DNA of 64,000 nucleotides from Pseudomonadota bacterium (GTDB lineage Bacteria; Myxococcota; JACRCW01; JAFGSX01): the NCBI GenBank assembly GCA_043821645.1, contig JBDRCO010000044.1, positions 1 to 64,000 on the forward strand, written 5' to 3'. Below the pieces are notes generated by a model. The model was given only the letters and a program-made list of their open reading frames with translations. It ran no database searches and had not been told where the DNA came from. Position numbers and translations under genes: made by a program. Of the stretch, positions 60,503 through 64,000 are shown in pieces (positions within the stretch are counted from its first letter, which is position 1; each line of letters begins with the position of its first letter).

Positions 60503-60806
60503 ACTGCCGGATTCCTCCCCACCCGCCGCCGGGTAAGCACAAGCAGAACGCGATCAAAGACAGATAGTATGGAGCGGGACTTCGGCACCCAGCTGCGCTG
60601 TCCGGGGCCTGCCGGACCGCAAAAAAGTGATCCCGGTTAAAAAAAGATGCATGTAGGTTTTTGTCCGCCGAGGTACTTCCCCGTCTTGCTTGGCTATTTT
60701 GAATCTTATCAAATCGAGAAAAAGCGACAGATCAGGCAACCTTCGCGGTATACTGGTCGATAAGATACGCCAGAGGGTCAAGGCTGAGCCACCCAAGGAG
60801 GAAACG

Positions 60807-61784
60807 ATGTCGGTCAATTTTAACCTCTCCGTCAACACCAACTACGCGGCGTTCAACTCGCTCAGCCAGATCTCCTTTGGCGGCGCCTCCGTCGTCAGTT
60901 CGGCATCGTTCTCGGCCATCTCGGATGGTTTCGCCCTGGCCGGAGGCGGCATCAACTTCGCGTCGGCTTTTGCCAACCTGCCTCCCCCGTACCTGCCCCG
61001 GCCCCCGCACTACAGCGTTAGCCCCGAGATGGCGGCGCAGAAGATGGCCCAGTTCGTCGGTAACCTGGCCCAGTTCGGCGGCAGCCAGGGGCAGTTCGGC
61101 TTCGGCCAGTTCCTCAAGATGTCGGCCATGAACAACGTCGTCGGCAACTACATGTCGACCCAGGCGCTGTTCGGCCAGAGCTCGATCAGCAACCTCAGCG
61201 TGTACGGCCAGGCCACCATCACCTCGCCCGCCCTCATGCAGCGCGAGCTCAAGGACGAGTTCGCCGCCGGTAACTCGGCAGGCAAGGGCAAGCAGAGCAA
61301 CATGGCCAACTCGCCCGAGACGGTGCTGGCCCTGAACAATATTCTCAAGGGCCACACGGACAACATGCCCTTCGAGGAAGTGCAGAAGCAGCTCAAGGAT
61401 CAGTACGGCATCGAGTCCAAGATCACCGACGTCGACGGCCGCAAGGCCCTCGAGTTCAAGAACGGCGACAAGATCGTCGACGCCAGCGGCAACGGCATGC
61501 TCGGCACCGCGGACTACAAGTTCGGCGACGCCGTCAAGTCCATCAAGGAGAAGTACGGCCTCAGCGACGAGGCCCTGAAGACCTTCGACACCGACGAGGG
61601 CAAGAAGGCCCTGGGCGCGATGTCAGGTGCGCGGGAACAGCTGTACCTTCCCCAGGAACACACCATGGCCTTCGGCTTCAACATGACCAGCTTCAACAGC
61701 AGCTGGATGGGTGTGCAGAACAACTTCCTGGACATGCGCCAGTTCGAGCCCATCTTCGCCCAGGCCTTTGCCTTCGCGTACTGA
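60807..61784 (+). CDS. Hypothetical protein with low-complexity F/G/S/Q/N-rich termini and an EF-hand-like loop
   Basis: AAGGAGG RBS, strong C-ending codon bias, own terminator. Confidence 0.85.
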   Translation: MSVNFNLSVNTNYAAFNSLSQISFGGASVVSSASFSAISDGFALAGGGINFASAFANLPPPYLPRPPHYSVSPEMAAQKMAQFVGNLAQFGGSQGQFGFGQFLKMSAMNNVVGNYMSTQALFGQSSISNLSVYGQATITSPALMQRELKDEFAAGNSAGKGKQSNMANSPETVLALNNILKGHTDNMPFEEVQKQLKDQYGIESKITDVDGRKALEFKNGDKIVDASGNGMLGTADYKFGDAVKSIKEKYGLSDEALKTFDTDEGKKALGAMSGAREQLYLPQEHTMAFGFNMTSFNSSWMGVQNNFLDMRQFEPIFAQAFAFAY

Positions 61785-61810
61785 GTTCGCACCCTCTGAG
61801 TGACGCACGG

Positions 61811-61851
61811 TCCCCGTTGACGCTCCTCCTCGTCGACGGGGATTCGTGTTT
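61811..61851 (+). terminator. Rho-independent terminator
   Basis: TCCCCGTTGACG-loop-CGTCGACGGGGA followed by TTCGTGTTT. Confidence 0.7.
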
Positions 61852-62055
61852 GAGGGCTTCCCCTCGCCACAAACCGCAGGGTCGACGCCACTTCCTGACG
61901 CGGTGAGCCAACGCGCTGCGCGGGTCCGTCGACAGAGCGTCCGGGGCGAGACAGCAGCCGGGAAAGCGCCTCGTGCAGGCAACGGTCTGCAGAGCTTCTG
62001 GCGTTCGCCAAAAACCCTATGCTAGGCTTCCGCGTCCACCGCCGGGGAGGCGATC

Positions 62056-62454
62056 GTGAAGAAGGAAGAGGTCCGTGAGCTCACCCGACAGTTCGTCGCT
62101 GCGCTCGAGGAAGAAAAAGAGATCCGCACCAAGCTGCTCGAGCTCAAGATGCTGGGCAGCGATGACGAGGTCCGGCGCAACCTGCAGCGGCACGACGCCA
62201 TGATCGACAGCATCAAGAAGCTGCGCGAGCAGAAGATGCTGCCCATCATCGACAAGCTGGGTGCCTTCATCGCAGACAAGGCTGGCACCAACCGCACGCC
62301 GCAACAGCGCCTGCGGGACGCCATCGGCGAGGGCAAGCAGAAGGTGGCCGAGAAGCGCCTGCACTCGGGCATGCCCGGCACCAAGAAGGCGCCCGCTACC
62401 GCCGTTCCGCCGGCCGCACCTACCAAGGAAAAGAAGACCAAGGCCAAGAAGTGA
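62056..62454 (+). CDS. Helical/coiled-coil hypothetical protein with Lys-rich tail
   Basis: GGGGAGG RBS, GTG start; TGCTAGGCT extended -10 near 62020. Confidence 0.75.
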   Translation: MKKEEVRELTRQFVAALEEEKEIRTKLLELKMLGSDDEVRRNLQRHDAMIDSIKKLREQKMLPIIDKLGAFIADKAGTNRTPQQRLRDAIGEGKQKVAEKRLHSGMPGTKKAPATAVPPAAPTKEKKTKAKK

Positions 62455-62461
62455 GCCCGGT

Positions 62462-64000
62462 ATGAGCACGACCGCCGACAAGAACGCCGACGGACGCGCC
62501 GCGCCGCGGATGCTGTTTCTGTTCCCGCCGCAGTGGACGCCGCAGAACCCGCACTTCGTGCTGACCTCGCTCACCGGCACCCTGCGGGAGCGCGGTTACC
62601 ACGTCGACGCGGTCGATCTGAACATCCTGTTCTACACCAGCATCCTCACCCGGGAGGCGCTGGAGCTGTCGCGCACGCGTGCCCTGCTCGAGCACAAGTT
62701 CCTGTGCGACAAGCTGCGCCTGCAGTCCATCGTCGACGACACGGGGCTCGACTTTCAATTCGACGGCGCCAAGGCCGACCACATCGAGCACTACGTCAAG
62801 AGCCATCCCGACGAGTTTGCCTCGATCCCGACCCTGATCGCGGACGCCCTGGCGACCCTGCGCGATCCCGTGCGCTACTACGACCCCGAGCAGTTCTGCG
62901 ACGCCATGGAGATCGTGGACAATGCGCTGGAGATCTACTCGCTGCCGTTTTGGCCCAGCACCCTGCAGTTCAACTTCTTCGAGCACCCCCTGGCCCAGCT
63001 CAACTTCGAAGACATCGTCGGCTACGTCGACAATGAGCATGGCAACATGTTCATCAATTTCTTCGAGCGGCAGCTGCCGACGCTGACCACGGGCCAGTAC
63101 GACGTCATCGCCCTGAGCATCAACACCTTCTCGCAGGTGCTGCCCGGGTTGACCCTGGCGCGCATGCTCAAGCGCGCGGTGTCGCCGGATGTGCACATCA
63201 ACATCGGCGGCAATTTCTTCAGCCGCGTGCTCGACAACCTGCGCCAGAGGCCGGCCTTCTTCGAGGAGTTCTGCCACAGCATCACCTTCAGCGAGGGCGA
63301 GCGGCCGCTCAGTGCGCTGCTCGACGCGGTGGCGGGCAAGCGCCCTCTCGACGAGGTGCCCAACCTGCTGTTCCTCACCGACGACGGCGGCACGGTCAAG
63401 CGCACCGAGGATGGCGAGCCCGAGCCTCTGGAGACGCGCGGCTTTCATGACCTGACCGGCCTGCCCATGTACCTGTACCTGATCCCGGACACCGTGCTCT
63501 GCCTCGAGGCCAGCAAGGGGTGCTACTGGGGGCGCTGCTCGTTCTGCGACTCCTTCTTTGGGGTACGCAAGGATCAGGCCTCGATCGATCGCGTGATCAA
63601 CGAGATCAAGCACGTCAACCAGAAGTGGGGTGTACGCCACTTCGAGTTCACCGACGAGTGCATGACCCCTCAGTACATGGAGGATCTGGCCGACCGCATC
63701 CTCGCCGAGGGACTGGACATCAGCTGGCTGTGCAACGGTCGGCTGGAGCGCACCTTCACCCGCGAGCGGCTGTTCAAGCTGCACCAGGCGGGTCTCAACC
63801 TGGTGCTGTGGGGATTCGAGTCGGGCTCCAAGCGCATCCTCGATCTGATCAACAAGGGTGTCGGCTTCGAGGAGCGCTGGGACGTGCTGACGGACGCCGC
63901 CGACGCGGGCATCTGGAACAACGCGTACATCTTCTTTGGCTTCCCCACCGAGAGCAAGGACGAGGCCGATTCCACGGTGCGTGCGATCAGCGACCACACG
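62462..64000 (+). CDS. B12-binding radical SAM protein (3' end outside window)
   Basis: LFPP..DLN, GGNF, EGE, ASKGCYWGRCSFC, FTDE, WGFESG, FFGFPTE; missing from the ORF track because it has no stop in the window. Confidence 0.88.
   Translation, partial: MSTTADKNADGRAAPRMLFLFPPQWTPQNPHFVLTSLTGTLRERGYHVDAVDLNILFYTSILTREALELSRTRALLEHKFLCDKLRLQSIVDDTGLDFQFDGAKADHIEHYVKSHPDEFASIPTLIADALATLRDPVRYYDPEQFCDAMEIVDNALEIYSLPFWPSTLQFNFFEHPLAQLNFEDIVGYVDNEHGNMFINFFERQLPTLTTGQYDVIALSINTFSQVLPGLTLARMLKRAVSPDVHINIGGNFFSRVLDNLRQRPAFFEEFCHSITFSEGERPLSALLDAVAGKRPLDEVPNLLFLTDDGGTVKRTEDGEPEPLETRGFHDLTGLPMYLYLIPDTVLCLEASKGCYWGRCSFCDSFFGVRKDQASIDRVINEIKHVNQKWGVRHFEFTDECMTPQYMEDLADRILAEGLDISWLCNGRLERTFTRERLFKLHQAGLNLVLWGFESGSKRILDLINKGVGFEERWDVLTDAADAGIWNNAYIFFGFPTESKDEADSTVRAISDHT

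Overview
High-GC bacterial window. Gene content (Ser/Thr kinase, FHA-sigma54 activator, a MYXO-CTERM-like tail, an eps locus with Myxococcus xanthus-like order) suggests a Myxococcota-like organism; this is inference. From left to right: (i) a radical SAM/SPASM enzyme paired with a lipoprotein whose mature N-terminus is C-Y-G-x-P; (ii) an imuB-like gene with a candidate operator, and a sigma54-driven FHA gene followed by a Ser/Thr kinase; (iii) a ~29 kb Wzx/Wzy exopolysaccharide locus (epsZ-wzx-epsY-epsX-epsW-epsV-wzy-epsU, plus wzeX, epsA, an epsD/epsC-like fusion and epsB). It contains an unusual carrier-protein tailoring module: LysA-like decarboxylase, GNAT, AsnB, ACP, NadE paralog, adenylation enzyme, three LbH acyltransferases and an ATP-grasp ligase. 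It also holds a 173-bp MITE and a frameshifted epsA; (iv) exported proteins with Asp-periodic linkers and Cys-rich domains; (v) thiI-iscS, trxA, and an activator / sigma54 promoter / 11-repeat Cys-rich lipoprotein / MMPL unit; (vi) a cbiR-cobU-cobT-cobS cobamide salvage operon; (vii) an M48 peptidase, a GH15-like surface protein, cytochrome c, folB, a low-complexity FG/QN-rich protein and a B12-radical SAM gene that runs off the window. No CRISPR array, rRNA or tRNA was recognised. All family calls come from motif recognition by eye, not database searches.
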